A stretch of DNA of 32,000 nucleotides from Delftia acidovorans NBRC 14950 (GCF_001598795.1 NZ_BCZP01000014.1:122067-154066); one strand, 5' to 3'. Counted from the stretch's first letter, positions 11,287 through 20,434 are shown. Made by a program: numbers and translations. The notes: generated by a model from the sequence alone, not told the origin.

Positions 11287-12003
11287 TCAGGGGATGACGG
11301 CGCTGGGCATTCTTTGCATGACCGTGCGCGTGCGCTGCAGCAGATAGCCGGAGTTGGGCAGCTTCTCGAAGCGCTTGGGCTGGGGCAGCATCACGGCCAG
11401 GCGTGCGGCCTCGGCCGCGCTGAGCTGGGAGGCGCTCTTGCGGAAGTAGTGGTGGGCTGCAGCCTCCGCGCCAAACACGCCCTGGCCCCATTCCACGCTG
11501 TTGAGGTAGATCTCCAGGATGCGCTGCTTGCTCAGCATCAGTTCCAGCAGCTGGGTCAGCACCAGTTCCTGGCCCTTGCGCAGCAGGCTGCGTTCGCCCG
11601 ACAGCAGCAGGTTCTTGGCCAGCTGCTGGGTGATGGTGGAGCCGCCGTAGATCTTGGGCGCCTTGCCGTTGTCTGCCTTCTGGGCACGGGCTTCGGCGCG
11701 CTGGTTGCGCTGCCAGGCCTTCTCGATGGCCTCCCATTGCACCCCGTGGTGTTCGGTGAAGCTATCATCTTCGGAGGCGATGACGGCGCGCTTGAGCGTG
11801 GGCGCGATGCGGTCGTAGGGCAGCCATTGCTGGCTCCAGTGCAGGCCTTCGGAGCTGCGCAGCATCTGCCAGGCCTCGGAGCGCTGAAAGGCCGTGGATT
11901 CAGGATCGACCACCACCATCAGCGCAATGCGCAGCACAAAGAACAGCTGCAGCAGCAGGCCGGCGCACAGCACCAGCAGCAGGGCGCGTGCCAGGGATTT
12001 CAT
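11287..12003 (-). CDS. mtgA: monofunctional biosynthetic peptidoglycan transglycosylase
   Basis: GT51 motifs [13 protein letters not shown] and [13 protein letters not shown] with an N-terminal TM anchor. ATG at 12003 chosen over the TTG at 12027, which would overlap aroE by 17 nt. Start uncertain. Confidence 0.85.
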   Translation of the reverse strand: MKSLARALLLVLCAGLLLQLFFVLRIALMVVVDPESTAFQRSEAWQMLRSSEGLHWSQQWLPYDRIAPTLKRAVIASEDDSFTEHHGVQWEAIEKAWQRNQRAEARAQKADNGKAPKIYGGSTITQQLAKNLLLSGERSLLRKGQELVLTQLLELMLSKQRILEIYLNSVEWGQGVFGAEAAAHHYFRKSASQLSAAEAARLAVMLPQPKRFEKLPNSGYLLQRTRTVMQRMPSAVIP

Positions 12004-12010
12004 AAAGCGC

Positions 12011-12868
12011 TCAGCCGCCTTGAGCAATATGGGCGCGCAGCTCGTTCAGCACCTGGGCCGACGGGGGGCGCACGCCGCGCCACAGCGCGAACGATTCGGC
12101 GGCCTGCTCCACCAGCATGCCCAGCCCGTCGCGGGCCTGGGCGCCATGGTGCTCGGCCCATTGCAGGAAGCCCTGGGCTGCGGCGCCGTACATCATGTCG
12201 TAGGCCAGGCTGCCAGGCCGCAGCACGCGGGCCGGCACGGGCACCTCGGCACCGGCCAGGCTGCTGGCGGTGGCGTTGATGACCACGTCGAAATCCTCAT
12301 CCACGGCCTGCTGCTCCAGCGCCACCAGTTCCACGCCATGGTGCGCGGCGATGGCGGCATGGCGCTGCACCAGGGCCTGGGCGCGCTCGAAGGTGCGGTT
12401 GACCACGGCGATGCGGCGCGGGCGCTCGGCAAGCAGCGAGCCCAGTGCGCCGGCTGCGGCGCCACCCGCGCCCAGCAGCAGCAGGTCGCGCCCGGCCAGC
12501 GGCACGCCCGCATTGCGCACGATGTCGGCCACCAGGCCCAGGCCGTCGGTGTTGTCGGCATGGATGCCGTCCGCCGCCAGCACCAGGGTGTTGGCGGCGC
12601 CGGCCAGTTGCACGCGCTCGCTGGAGGTGGTGGCCAGCTGTGCGGCTTCCAGCTTGAAGGGCACGGTGACATTGCAGCCGCGTCCGCCTGCCGCGACGAA
12701 GCCGCGCACAGCCTCGGCAAAGCCTTGCAGCTCCACATGCTGGCGCTCGTAGTGCAGGTCCTGCCCGCACAGTTCGGCAAAGCGGGCATGGATCCAGGGC
12801 GAACGGCTGTGCGCGACGGGGTTGCCCATGACGCAGTAGCGGTCGGATGAGGTGGCGGCGGAAGTCAT
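12011..12868 (-). CDS. aroE: shikimate dehydrogenase
   Basis: 285-aa ORF with VMGNPVAHSRSPWIHARF substrate-binding N-terminus and LLLGAGGAAAGA Rossmann loop. Confidence 0.9.
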   Translation of the reverse strand: MTSAATSSDRYCVMGNPVAHSRSPWIHARFAELCGQDLHYERQHVELQGFAEAVRGFVAAGGRGCNVTVPFKLEAAQLATTSSERVQLAGAANTLVLAADGIHADNTDGLGLVADIVRNAGVPLAGRDLLLLGAGGAAAGALGSLLAERPRRIAVVNRTFERAQALVQRHAAIAAHHGVELVALEQQAVDEDFDVVINATASSLAGAEVPVPARVLRPGSLAYDMMYGAAAQGFLQWAEHHGAQARDGLGMLVEQAAESFALWRGVRPPSAQVLNELRAHIAQGG

Positions 12869-12906
12869 GTCGGAAAAGGAGGGTGCGCGAAGAGAGGAGG
12901 AGGGCG

Positions 12907-13770
12907 CTACTGCACGGTCGTCTGCAGCGTCTGCTCGCGGGTGAACTTGAAGCGCGAGACCACGGCGATCTGGTCGGCCTTGGCGCGCATGGCGGGGCCG
13001 AAATGGCCGAAGGGGCCGGCCGCACGCGCAATGGCCTCGGCGCGGGTGTCCAGCAGGCGGTTGCCCGAGCCCTGCACGATCTCGGTGGACAGCACGCGGC
13101 CGTCGTGGTTGACGGTGAGGATCATGACCAGCTCGCCGTAGAGCTTCTTGCCGGCCTGCTCGGGGAAGTTTTCCGTGCCCTTGTCCTCGACCTTGCGGCG
13201 CAGGCCGTCGTAGTAGATGGCGTAGACGGCCTCGCGCGTGGACGGGCTGATATAGCGCTTCTTGGGGCGGGCGTTTTCCTCGTTGATGCGCTTTTCGATC
13301 TCGGCCAGCAGCTTGACCAGCTGCTGGCGCTTTTCCTGCTGGGCCTGCTGCTCCTTGGTCTGCTTGGCCGCCTCGCGCGGGTCCAGCGGCGGCAGGGCCG
13401 CGACCTGCTTGCGCAACTGCGTCAGCAAGACGGTCTGCTGCTCCTGCATGGAGTCGATCTGGCGCTGGCGTTCCTCGAAGTCGTCGCCCACGGCCGTGAG
13501 TGCCGAGTAGGGCATGGGGCTGGAGGCCCGGCCCTTGTCGGCCTCGCCGCCTCCGGCCAGCGAGGTCTGCGCTATGGCCTGCGCCTTGTCGGGCTGCTCG
13601 TTGGCGCGGGCATTGACCAGGATGACTTCCAGCGGCGTGTCCTGGAACACGCGGTCGAAGCGCTCCGGGTCGATGAACCGGAACGAGAACAACCCGGCAT
13701 GCAGGGCGATGGAAACGCCCAGTGCCAACTGCAGCGTGCTCAGGGAACGGAGGGCGGTAGGCAGTTTCAC
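12907..13770 (-). CDS. TonB C-terminal-domain protein (energy-transducer-like)
   Basis: GTG start. N-terminal TM helix (LSTLQLALGVSIALHAGLF), a central Q/E/K-rich region, and a C-terminal TonB_C-like segment (GELVMILTVNHDGRVLSTEIVQGSGNRLLDTRAEAIARAAGPF). Confidence 0.7.
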   Translation of the reverse strand: MKLPTALRSLSTLQLALGVSIALHAGLFSFRFIDPERFDRVFQDTPLEVILVNARANEQPDKAQAIAQTSLAGGGEADKGRASSPMPYSALTAVGDDFEERQRQIDSMQEQQTVLLTQLRKQVAALPPLDPREAAKQTKEQQAQQEKRQQLVKLLAEIEKRINEENARPKKRYISPSTREAVYAIYYDGLRRKVEDKGTENFPEQAGKKLYGELVMILTVNHDGRVLSTEIVQGSGNRLLDTRAEAIARAAGPFGHFGPAMRAKADQIAVVSRFKFTREQTLQTTVQ

Positions 13771-13806
13771 GTCAGATCTGGGGCAGTTGCTCGGATGTGA
13801 GGCAGG

Positions 13807-15885
13807 TCAGGGCTGGGCGGGGTCGGCCGCCGGTGTGCCATCGGTCTCGTTCATGTCCACGGCGATGGCGATGGGGCCGGCCACGGCTTCCTCGTCATCC
13901 TCGGCGCTGTCTTCGTTGCCGTCGGCAGCGGCCGCCGCATCGCCATCCAGGCGCTCGATCAGCGTGCCCGAGACATCGAGCGCGATCTCGTCGATCTCGC
14001 CCAGGCGCACGCGCACATGGGCGCCGCGCGGCAGGCCGGTGACGCCCAGCACGGGGAAGACCAGGGGCAGGTCATCGGCGCGCACCAGCAGGCCGCCGCC
14101 CATGCCTTCCTTGATGACGGTGGCCGTCAGCTCGGTGATGGCGTGCTGCTGCAGGTACTTGAGCGTCCAGAACCGTTCCATGCCGGCCTGGTAGCCGTTG
14201 TAGGCGCTGTAGGCACCGTCGAAGCTGCTGATGATGCCGAACAGCTCGGCATCCTTGGGCTTGAACGGCGCGGCCAGGGCGGCGGTCTTGCCGTGGCGCG
14301 CGCAGGCAATGATCTGCCACTGGTTGACCAGGTCCACGTAGCGGCGCAGCGGCGAGGTGGCCCAGGCATAGCTCTTGACGCCGATGCCTGCATGGGGCTG
14401 CGCCTTGGTGGACATGCGCACCTTGATGCCGGGCGCCAGGCTGGCCTGGCTGCGGTAGATGCCGGGCACGCCGAGCTCGGCCATCCAGCCGCCCCAGGTG
14501 CTGTTGGCCACGATGGCGGCCTCGGCCACGATCAGGTCCAGCGGCGCGCCGCGCTTGCGCACGCTGATCTCCACCTGCTCGTTGCCGCGGGGCTCGGCGC
14601 CGCCGTTGCCCACGAGGCGGAAGTTGTAGTCGGGGCGGTTGAAGTTCTCGGGCTTGCCGCGCACCAGTTCGCGCCCGGCCTTCAGGTGCTTGGCCCAGCG
14701 CTGCAGGAACGTCAGTTCGGCGCGCTTGCCTTGCAGCACTTCGGGCGTGCCCTCGACCTCGAAGGAGGGGTCGGCCAGCCACTGCTCGGTGACGATGTGG
14801 TCCAGCTTGTCATGGCGGAAGTTGACCTGCACGGGCACGCGCTCCAGGCGCGTCTCGCTGGCCGTGGTCTCCAGCGTGGCCTCGTCCACGGTGACGTACA
14901 GCGATACGGCGGGGTTGGCGCGGCCTTCGTCCAGCGTGTAGATCTGCACCACCTCGTCGGGCAGCATGGTGATCTTGTAGCCGGGCATGTAGACGGTGGA
15001 CAGGCGCGAGCGGCCGAGCTGGTCCAGCGGCGTGCCCGGCACGATGGCCAGACCGGGCGCGGCAATGTGGATACCCACGGTGACCGTGCCCGTGCCCAGG
15101 CCGCGCACCGACAGCGCATCGTCGATTTCGGTGGTGGCCGAGTCATCGATGGAAAACGCCTGGACCTCGGCCAGCGGCAGGTCGGCCGGTGGCTGGGGTG
15201 CCTGCAGGGCCGGGAACTGCGTGCCCTTGGGGAAGTGGTCGAACAGGAAGCGCTTCCAGTGGAACTCGTAGGCCGATTCAATGGCGCCGGCCCTGTGCAG
15301 CAGGTCCAGCGGGGCCAGGCGCGTGGCGCGGCTGGCCTCGACCACGGCCTTGTATTCGGCGGCGTTCTTGTCGGGGCGGAACAGGATCTTGTAGAGCTGC
15401 TCGCGGATGGGGCCGGGGCATTCGCCGGCGCCCAGCTGTTCGGCCCAGGCCGTGATCTGGGCCTGGATCTGCTTTTTCTTCTCTATGCCGGCCAGCGCCT
15501 GCTGCAGGATCTCGGCCGGCGCCTTCTTGAAGCGGCCCTTGCCGGAGCGGCGGAAGTAGTGCGGTGCGTCGTAGAGGCGGAACAGCGCGCCGGCCTGCTC
15601 GGCCAGCGTGGCCTTGTCCGAGAAATAGTCGCGTGCAAGGTCGGCAAAGCCGAATTCCTCCTCGGGGGCGAATTCCCAGGCCAGGTCCAGATCGATCTGG
15701 GCGGCCTGCGCCTGTGCCTGGGCGATCAGTTCGGCAGGCGCCGGCTTGTCGAACTTGAGCAGGATGTTGGCCGACTTGACCTTGACCCGTTTGCCCGAGT
15801 CCAGCTCCACCTGGGCGGAGGTGTCGGCTTCGGAGAGGATGCGGCCGGCCAGGAACTTGCCGGATTCTTCAAACAATGCGTGCAT
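13807..15885 (-). CDS. rnb: RNase II-family (RNB domain) 3'-5' exoribonuclease
   Basis: RNB motifs FSIDDSATTEIDDALSV and ATSPLRRYVDLVNQ. ATG 15885 preferred over 15903 because GGAGAA lies about 10 nt upstream. Acidic C-terminal tail. Confidence 0.85.
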   Translation of the reverse strand: MHALFEESGKFLAGRILSEADTSAQVELDSGKRVKVKSANILLKFDKPAPAELIAQAQAQAAQIDLDLAWEFAPEEEFGFADLARDYFSDKATLAEQAGALFRLYDAPHYFRRSGKGRFKKAPAEILQQALAGIEKKKQIQAQITAWAEQLGAGECPGPIREQLYKILFRPDKNAAEYKAVVEASRATRLAPLDLLHRAGAIESAYEFHWKRFLFDHFPKGTQFPALQAPQPPADLPLAEVQAFSIDDSATTEIDDALSVRGLGTGTVTVGIHIAAPGLAIVPGTPLDQLGRSRLSTVYMPGYKITMLPDEVVQIYTLDEGRANPAVSLYVTVDEATLETTASETRLERVPVQVNFRHDKLDHIVTEQWLADPSFEVEGTPEVLQGKRAELTFLQRWAKHLKAGRELVRGKPENFNRPDYNFRLVGNGGAEPRGNEQVEISVRKRGAPLDLIVAEAAIVANSTWGGWMAELGVPGIYRSQASLAPGIKVRMSTKAQPHAGIGVKSYAWATSPLRRYVDLVNQWQIIACARHGKTAALAAPFKPKDAELFGIISSFDGAYSAYNGYQAGMERFWTLKYLQQHAITELTATVIKEGMGGGLLVRADDLPLVFPVLGVTGLPRGAHVRVRLGEIDEIALDVSGTLIERLDGDAAAAADGNEDSAEDDEEAVAGPIAIAVDMNETDGTPAADPAQP

Positions 15886-15940
15886 AGCCCGACATTCTCC
15901 CATGCTGCGGCTGGCAGCTGCCGCGCAGTCTTGCGCGGCA

Positions 15941-16525
15941 TCAGGCCAGATTCAGGAACTCGTCCAGCTGAGGCAAGTACTCCTCGAAGTTGCTCAGCGC
16001 GTGATCGCCGCCCTCCTGGATGATCTGCAGTGCATGCGGATAGCGTGCGCTCATCTCGCGCCAGTCCAGCACCTCGTCGCCCTCGGCCGCCAGCAGCATT
16101 TCGGGGGCGGCCGGTGTCATATGGCGCGTGTCCAGCGCGCGCAGCTCCTCGATGTATTCGCGGCGGAAGAAGAAACGCTCCTCCGGGTTGTGCCAGGAAG
16201 TCTGCTCGCCGATGTACTTTTCAAGATCGCGCGCCGGGTTGACGGCCGGGTTGATCATCACGCTGCGGCAGCGCGCCAGCTGGGCCACCCAGCTGGCGTA
16301 GTAGCCGCCCAGCGAGGAGCCGATCACGGCCATGGTCTCGCGCGGCCAGCTGCCGATGCCATCGGCAATCAGGGCAGCCGCTTCGCGCGGGGAAGGGGGC
16401 AGTTGTGGGCTCCACCAGCGCACATGGGGATGGCGCGTGGCCACATGCTCGGCCAGGCGCCGGGCCTTGTTGGATTGGGGAGAGGAGCGAAAGCCGTGCA
16501 GGTACAGCAAATGGGTGGTGGTCAT
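15941..16525 (-). CDS. yqiA: YqiA-family (UPF0227) esterase
   Basis: ORF trimmed to ATG 16525. THLLYLHGFRSSPQS, GSSLGGYYA nucleophile elbow and GDEVLDWR...GGDH are colinear with E. coli YqiA along the whole length. Confidence 0.85.
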   Translation of the reverse strand: MTTTHLLYLHGFRSSPQSNKARRLAEHVATRHPHVRWWSPQLPPSPREAAALIADGIGSWPRETMAVIGSSLGGYYASWVAQLARCRSVMINPAVNPARDLEKYIGEQTSWHNPEERFFFRREYIEELRALDTRHMTPAAPEMLLAAEGDEVLDWREMSARYPHALQIIQEGGDHALSNFEEYLPQLDEFLNLA

Positions 16526-16737
16526 GGCGGGCGCTCTCCTTTGCGTTGCTGGGGCCGGGCGCGGGATGCGGCCCGGACGGCTCATGGCCCATTGTGGCCG
16601 CTGCGGCAGGCGGCGCCCAGCAGGGAAGGCCCGGGCCGACAGCTGGATGACAACCGCCTCCGTGGGCAACCCTGCGCCGGGCTGGGCCGCATGCGCCACG
16701 GGATAATGGCGGCCCGTGCCCGCGACCGACCATCCCC

Positions 16738-17907
16738 GTGACCGAATTCGACAAGCCCTCCCTCTGGCAACGTGTTGCCCCGCTGCTGCGGGGCTTTGAC
16801 TTCTGGTTGCTGCTGTTCGTGGGCATGCTGGCGTCGGCGGGGCTGATCGCCATGTACTCCTCGGGCTTCGACCACGGCACGCGCTTCACCGACCATGGGC
16901 GCAACATGCTGATCGCGGCGGCCATCCTCTTTGTCGTGGCCCAGATTCCCCCGCAGCAGCTCATGAAGGTGGCCGTGCCGCTGTACATGCTGGGCGTGGC
17001 GTTGCTGGTGGCGGTGGCGCTGTTCGGCATCACCAAGAAGGGGGCGCAGCGCTGGGTCAACGTGGGTGTGGTGATCCAGCCCAGCGAACTGCTGAAGATC
17101 GCCACGCCGCTGATGCTGGCCTGGTGGTTTCAGCGCCGCGAGGGCCAGCTGCGCGGCACGGACTTCGTGATCGCCATGGTCCTGCTCCTGGTGCCCGTGG
17201 GGCTGATCATGAAGCAGCCCGACCTGGGCACCTCGCTGCTGGTGATGGCCGCAGGCCTGTCCGTGATCTTTTTCGCGGGCCTGCCCTGGAAACTCATCGT
17301 GCCGCCCGTGCTGGCCGGCGCCATCGGCATCACGCTTATCGTGCTGTACGAGCCCCAGCTATGCGCCGACGGCGTGCGCTGGCCCGTGCTGCATGAATAC
17401 CAGCAAACCCGTGTCTGCACCCTGCTGGACCCCACGCGCGATCCGCTGGGCAAGGGATTCCACATCATCCAGGGGATGATCGCCATCGGTTCGGGCGGCG
17501 TCTGGGGCAAGGGCTTCATGGCGGGCACCCAGACCCACCTGGAGTTCATCCCCGAGCGCACGACCGACTTCATCTTCGCGGCCTATTCCGAGGAGTTCGG
17601 ATTGGTCGGCAACCTGTTCATCATCGTCTCCTTCCTGCTGCTGGTCTGGCGCGGGCTGGCCATCGCCATCCAGGCCAACTCGCTGTTCGCGCGGCTCATG
17701 GCGGCAGCCGTGGCCATGATCTTCTTCACCTATGCCTTCGTGAACATGGGCATGGTCAGCGGCATCCTGCCCGTGGTCGGCGTGCCGCTGCCCTTCATCA
17801 GCTATGGCGGCACGGCCATGGTCACGCTGGGGCTGGCGCTGGGCGTGCTGATGTCGGTGGCGCGCTCGCAGCGGCAGCTGCCGGGCGAGGGCGGCGGGCC
17901 GCTCTGA
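16738..17907 (+). CDS. rodA: rod shape-determining SEDS protein RodA
   Basis: GTG start, 389 aa. Colinear with E. coli RodA (GAQRWVNVGVVIQPSELLKIATPLM, GFHIIQGMIAIGSGGVWGKG, FIPERTTDFIFAAYSEEFGLVG, GILPVVGVPLPFISYGG). Confidence 0.9.
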   Translation: MTEFDKPSLWQRVAPLLRGFDFWLLLFVGMLASAGLIAMYSSGFDHGTRFTDHGRNMLIAAAILFVVAQIPPQQLMKVAVPLYMLGVALLVAVALFGITKKGAQRWVNVGVVIQPSELLKIATPLMLAWWFQRREGQLRGTDFVIAMVLLLVPVGLIMKQPDLGTSLLVMAAGLSVIFFAGLPWKLIVPPVLAGAIGITLIVLYEPQLCADGVRWPVLHEYQQTRVCTLLDPTRDPLGKGFHIIQGMIAIGSGGVWGKGFMAGTQTHLEFIPERTTDFIFAAYSEEFGLVGNLFIIVSFLLLVWRGLAIAIQANSLFARLMAAAVAMIFFTYAFVNMGMVSGILPVVGVPLPFISYGGTAMVTLGLALGVLMSVARSQRQLPGEGGGPL

Positions 17908-17914
17908 ATCGCAC

Positions 17915-17940
17915 TTTGCGGCGCCAAAGGTGCCCGCAAA
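17915..17940 (+). other. GC-rich stem-loop immediately 3' of rodA (no U-tract)
   Basis: TTTGCGGCGCC / GGTGC(C)CGCAAA gives 11 bp with one bulge and one G-U pair and an AAA loop. Starts 8 nt after the rodA stop. No T-run on either strand. Confidence 0.4.
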
Positions 17941-18147
17941 TGTCAAAGAGTCTGGATGCCTGCGGTATCGGGCGTCGCATTCCTTCCTGCGATTTGGCTT
18001 GGAAAATGAGACGCCAAAAGCGCTGGTTGCTCCTTTTTTGATAGCTTCTGCGGGAGTCTGCTCACTTGCCACCGCCGCCAGGGCAGGCTACAAAGCAGGT
18101 GCGGACATGGGCCAGCATGTTCGCCATCCACGCGGATGCATGCCTAC

Positions 18148-18190
18148 GGAATGCCGCTCAGCCTGGTGGAGCGGCATTCCGTTCTTTTTT
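18148..18190 (+). terminator. strong Rho-independent terminator, not adjacent to any ORF end
   Basis: Perfect 12-bp stem GGAATGCCGCTC / GAGCGGCATTCC, 9-nt loop, then GTTCTTTTTT. The T-run is on the + strand only. Lies 240 nt after the rodA stop and 70 nt before the tldD ATG. Confidence 0.75.
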
Positions 18191-18259
18191 GTGGGTTGGC
18201 AAGCCGCTGGCCGCAGCCGTTGCACGGCGAGGGCATGGCCGGCTCTCTACAATGCGTGA

Positions 18260-19720
18260 ATGATCTCCCGCGAACCCACCATTGAACGCCTGGCCACAGC
18301 GCGCCAGTTGCTGCTTGAGCCCTTCGGGCTCGATGAAACCCATCTCGCGCGCGCACTGGCCGAGATCCGCAGCCACCAGGTCGACGACGCCGACCTCTAC
18401 TTCCAGTACACCCGCGCCGAAGGCTGGAGCCTGGAAGAGGGCATCGTCAAGACCGGCAGCTTCAGCATCGACCAGGGCGTGGGCGTGCGTGCGGTCAGTG
18501 GCGAGAAGACGGCATTTGCCTATTCCGACGATATTTCCGAAGCCTCGCTGCTGGATGCCGCGCGCACCGTGCGCTCCATCTCGGGCGCGGCCCAGAGCAA
18601 GCGCGTGCGCGCCAATGCTCCCAAGATTGCGCAAAGCCGCTCGCTGTATCCCGGTCTGGACCCCATCGCCACGCTGGACAGCACGGCCAAGGTCGAGCTG
18701 CTGGGCAAGGTCGAGAAACTGGCCCGCGCCAAGGACCCGCGCGTGGTCCAGGTCATGGCCGGCCTGGCCAGCGAGTACGACGTGGTGCTGGTGGCCCGTG
18801 CCGATGGCACGCTGGCGGCCGACGTGCGGCCGCTGGTGCGCCTGTCGGTTACCGTGATCGCCGAGCAAAAGGGCCGGCGTGAGGTGGGCTCTGCCGGCGG
18901 CGGTGGCCGTTTCGGGCTGGCCTATTTCAGCGACGAGCAGATCACCCAGTACGTGGACGAGGCCGTGAGCGCGGCCCTCACCAACCTGGAATCCCGTCCC
19001 GCGCCGGCTGGCGAGATGACCGTGGTGCTTGGCCCCGGCTGGCCCGGCGTGCTGCTGCACGAAGCCGTGGGACACGGTCTGGAAGGCGACTTCAACCGCA
19101 AGGGCGCCAGCGCCTTCAGCGGCCGCATCGGCCAGCGCGTGGCTGCCAAGGGCGTCACCGTGCTGGATGACGGCACGCTGGCCGATCGCCGCGGCTCGCT
19201 CAACGTCGATGACGAAGGCTGCACCAGCCAGAGCAATGTGCTGATCGAGGACGGCATCCTCAAGGGCTACATCCAGGACGCGATGAATGCCCGCCTGATG
19301 GGTGTCAAGCCCACGGGCAACGGCCGCCGCGAAAGCTATGCCCACATTCCCATGCCGCGCATGACCAACACCTACATGCTCGGTGGCGACCGGGAGCCGC
19401 AGGAAATCGTGGCCTCGATCAAGAAGGGCCTGTACGCCACCAACTTCGGCGGCGGCCAGGTCGATATCACCAGCGGCAAGTTCGTGTTCTCCGCCAGCGA
19501 GGCCTATTGGGTCGAGAACGGCAAGATCCAGTACCCCGTCAAGGGCGCGACCATCGTGGGCAGCGGCCCGGAATCGCTCAAGCACATCACCATGATCGGC
19601 AACGACATGCGCCTGGACAGCGGTGTGGGCACCTGCGGCAAGGAAGGCCAGAGCGTGCCCGTGGGCGTGGGCCAGCCCACGCTGCGCATCGACGGCCTGA
19701 CGGTGGGCGGCACGGCCTGA
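18260..19720 (+). CDS. tldD: metalloprotease TldD
   Basis: 486 aa with [31 protein letters not shown] and the [11 protein letters not shown] metal-binding motif, colinear with E. coli TldD. Confidence 0.92.
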   Translation: MISREPTIERLATARQLLLEPFGLDETHLARALAEIRSHQVDDADLYFQYTRAEGWSLEEGIVKTGSFSIDQGVGVRAVSGEKTAFAYSDDISEASLLDAARTVRSISGAAQSKRVRANAPKIAQSRSLYPGLDPIATLDSTAKVELLGKVEKLARAKDPRVVQVMAGLASEYDVVLVARADGTLAADVRPLVRLSVTVIAEQKGRREVGSAGGGGRFGLAYFSDEQITQYVDEAVSAALTNLESRPAPAGEMTVVLGPGWPGVLLHEAVGHGLEGDFNRKGASAFSGRIGQRVAAKGVTVLDDGTLADRRGSLNVDDEGCTSQSNVLIEDGILKGYIQDAMNARLMGVKPTGNGRRESYAHIPMPRMTNTYMLGGDREPQEIVASIKKGLYATNFGGGQVDITSGKFVFSASEAYWVENGKIQYPVKGATIVGSGPESLKHITMIGNDMRLDSGVGTCGKEGQSVPVGVGQPTLRIDGLTVGGTA

Positions 19721-19813
19721 CGGTCCCATGCCCGCGCCCTGCACGGCAGGCCGGGCCCTGTCCTGCCTGACGCGGCCCGCCGCGTTCGGTGGGCGCCGCC
19801 CGGCGCCGATTCC

Positions 19814-20434
19814 ATGACCCAGCTTTCCTTTTCCTCCCGGCCAGGCCCGCGGACCTCCGTCCATCCCCTGCGCAGCCTGCCGAAGCAATGGCGTGCCTGG
19901 GCCGGCGAGTCGCGGCTGAGCCGCTTCTGGCAGCATGAGCTGATCGTGGGCGACCTGCAGCCCATGCACCAGCAACTGGCCTTGCTGGCCGTCGCGCTGG
20001 ACGAGTCCGTGCGCGTGCGCTATGCGGGCAGCCCGCGCCCCGCGGTGGAAGACGCCATACAGCAGCTTGACCTGGCGGTGCTGGACCACCAGCACTTTCT
20101 CACCACGCTGGCCACGGGCTGGCATGCCCTCTACGAATTTCCTGCCTACCAGCGTCTGCTCAAAGGCTTCAGGGAGGCCGTCCACGCCTGGCAGCAGTCC
20201 GTGCTGGTGGGCGATGCCCAGGAGCCCGAGCACTTCCGGCGCTGCGAGCGCCTGGGCTGGCGTCTGCTGGGCGATGCCTGCCTGCTGACGGACATGTTTG
20301 CCGAATCCGCTGCCGTGGCCGGCGAAGCCGATGTGACTTCCATCCTGTCTGGTTACAAGGCGCGCCGATGGCAACCCTTGAGCGCCGTGCGCCTGGCCCT
20401 GCGCAGGCTGCGTGACGCGTTGCTGCGGCGTTGA
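19814..20434 (+). CDS. hypothetical protein (206 aa), no recognised family
   Basis: ORF with high third-position GC like the flanking genes. Predicted helical, Trp/His/Arg-rich. 93 nt downstream of tldD on the same strand. No SD seen; start uncertain. Confidence 0.5.
   Translation: MTQLSFSSRPGPRTSVHPLRSLPKQWRAWAGESRLSRFWQHELIVGDLQPMHQQLALLAVALDESVRVRYAGSPRPAVEDAIQQLDLAVLDHQHFLTTLATGWHALYEFPAYQRLLKGFREAVHAWQQSVLVGDAQEPEHFRRCERLGWRLLGDACLLTDMFAESAAVAGEADVTSILSGYKARRWQPLSAVRLALRRLRDALLRR

Noticed and set aside
12004-12027. TTG start at 12027 for mtgA, and ATG at 15903 for the RNase II gene
   Set aside because: TTG 12027 overlaps aroE by 17 nt, and an ATG lies 8 codons downstream. For rnb, the second ATG (15885) has a GGAGAA SD at proper spacing. 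Both remain uncertain by a few codons.
17930-18259. 109-aa plus ORF (and 62-aa minus ORF 17943-18131) filling the rodA-tldD intergenic region
   Set aside because: The plus ORF runs straight through the 12-bp terminator hairpin. Both have Cys/Trp/Arg/Pro-rich random-looking composition and no SD.
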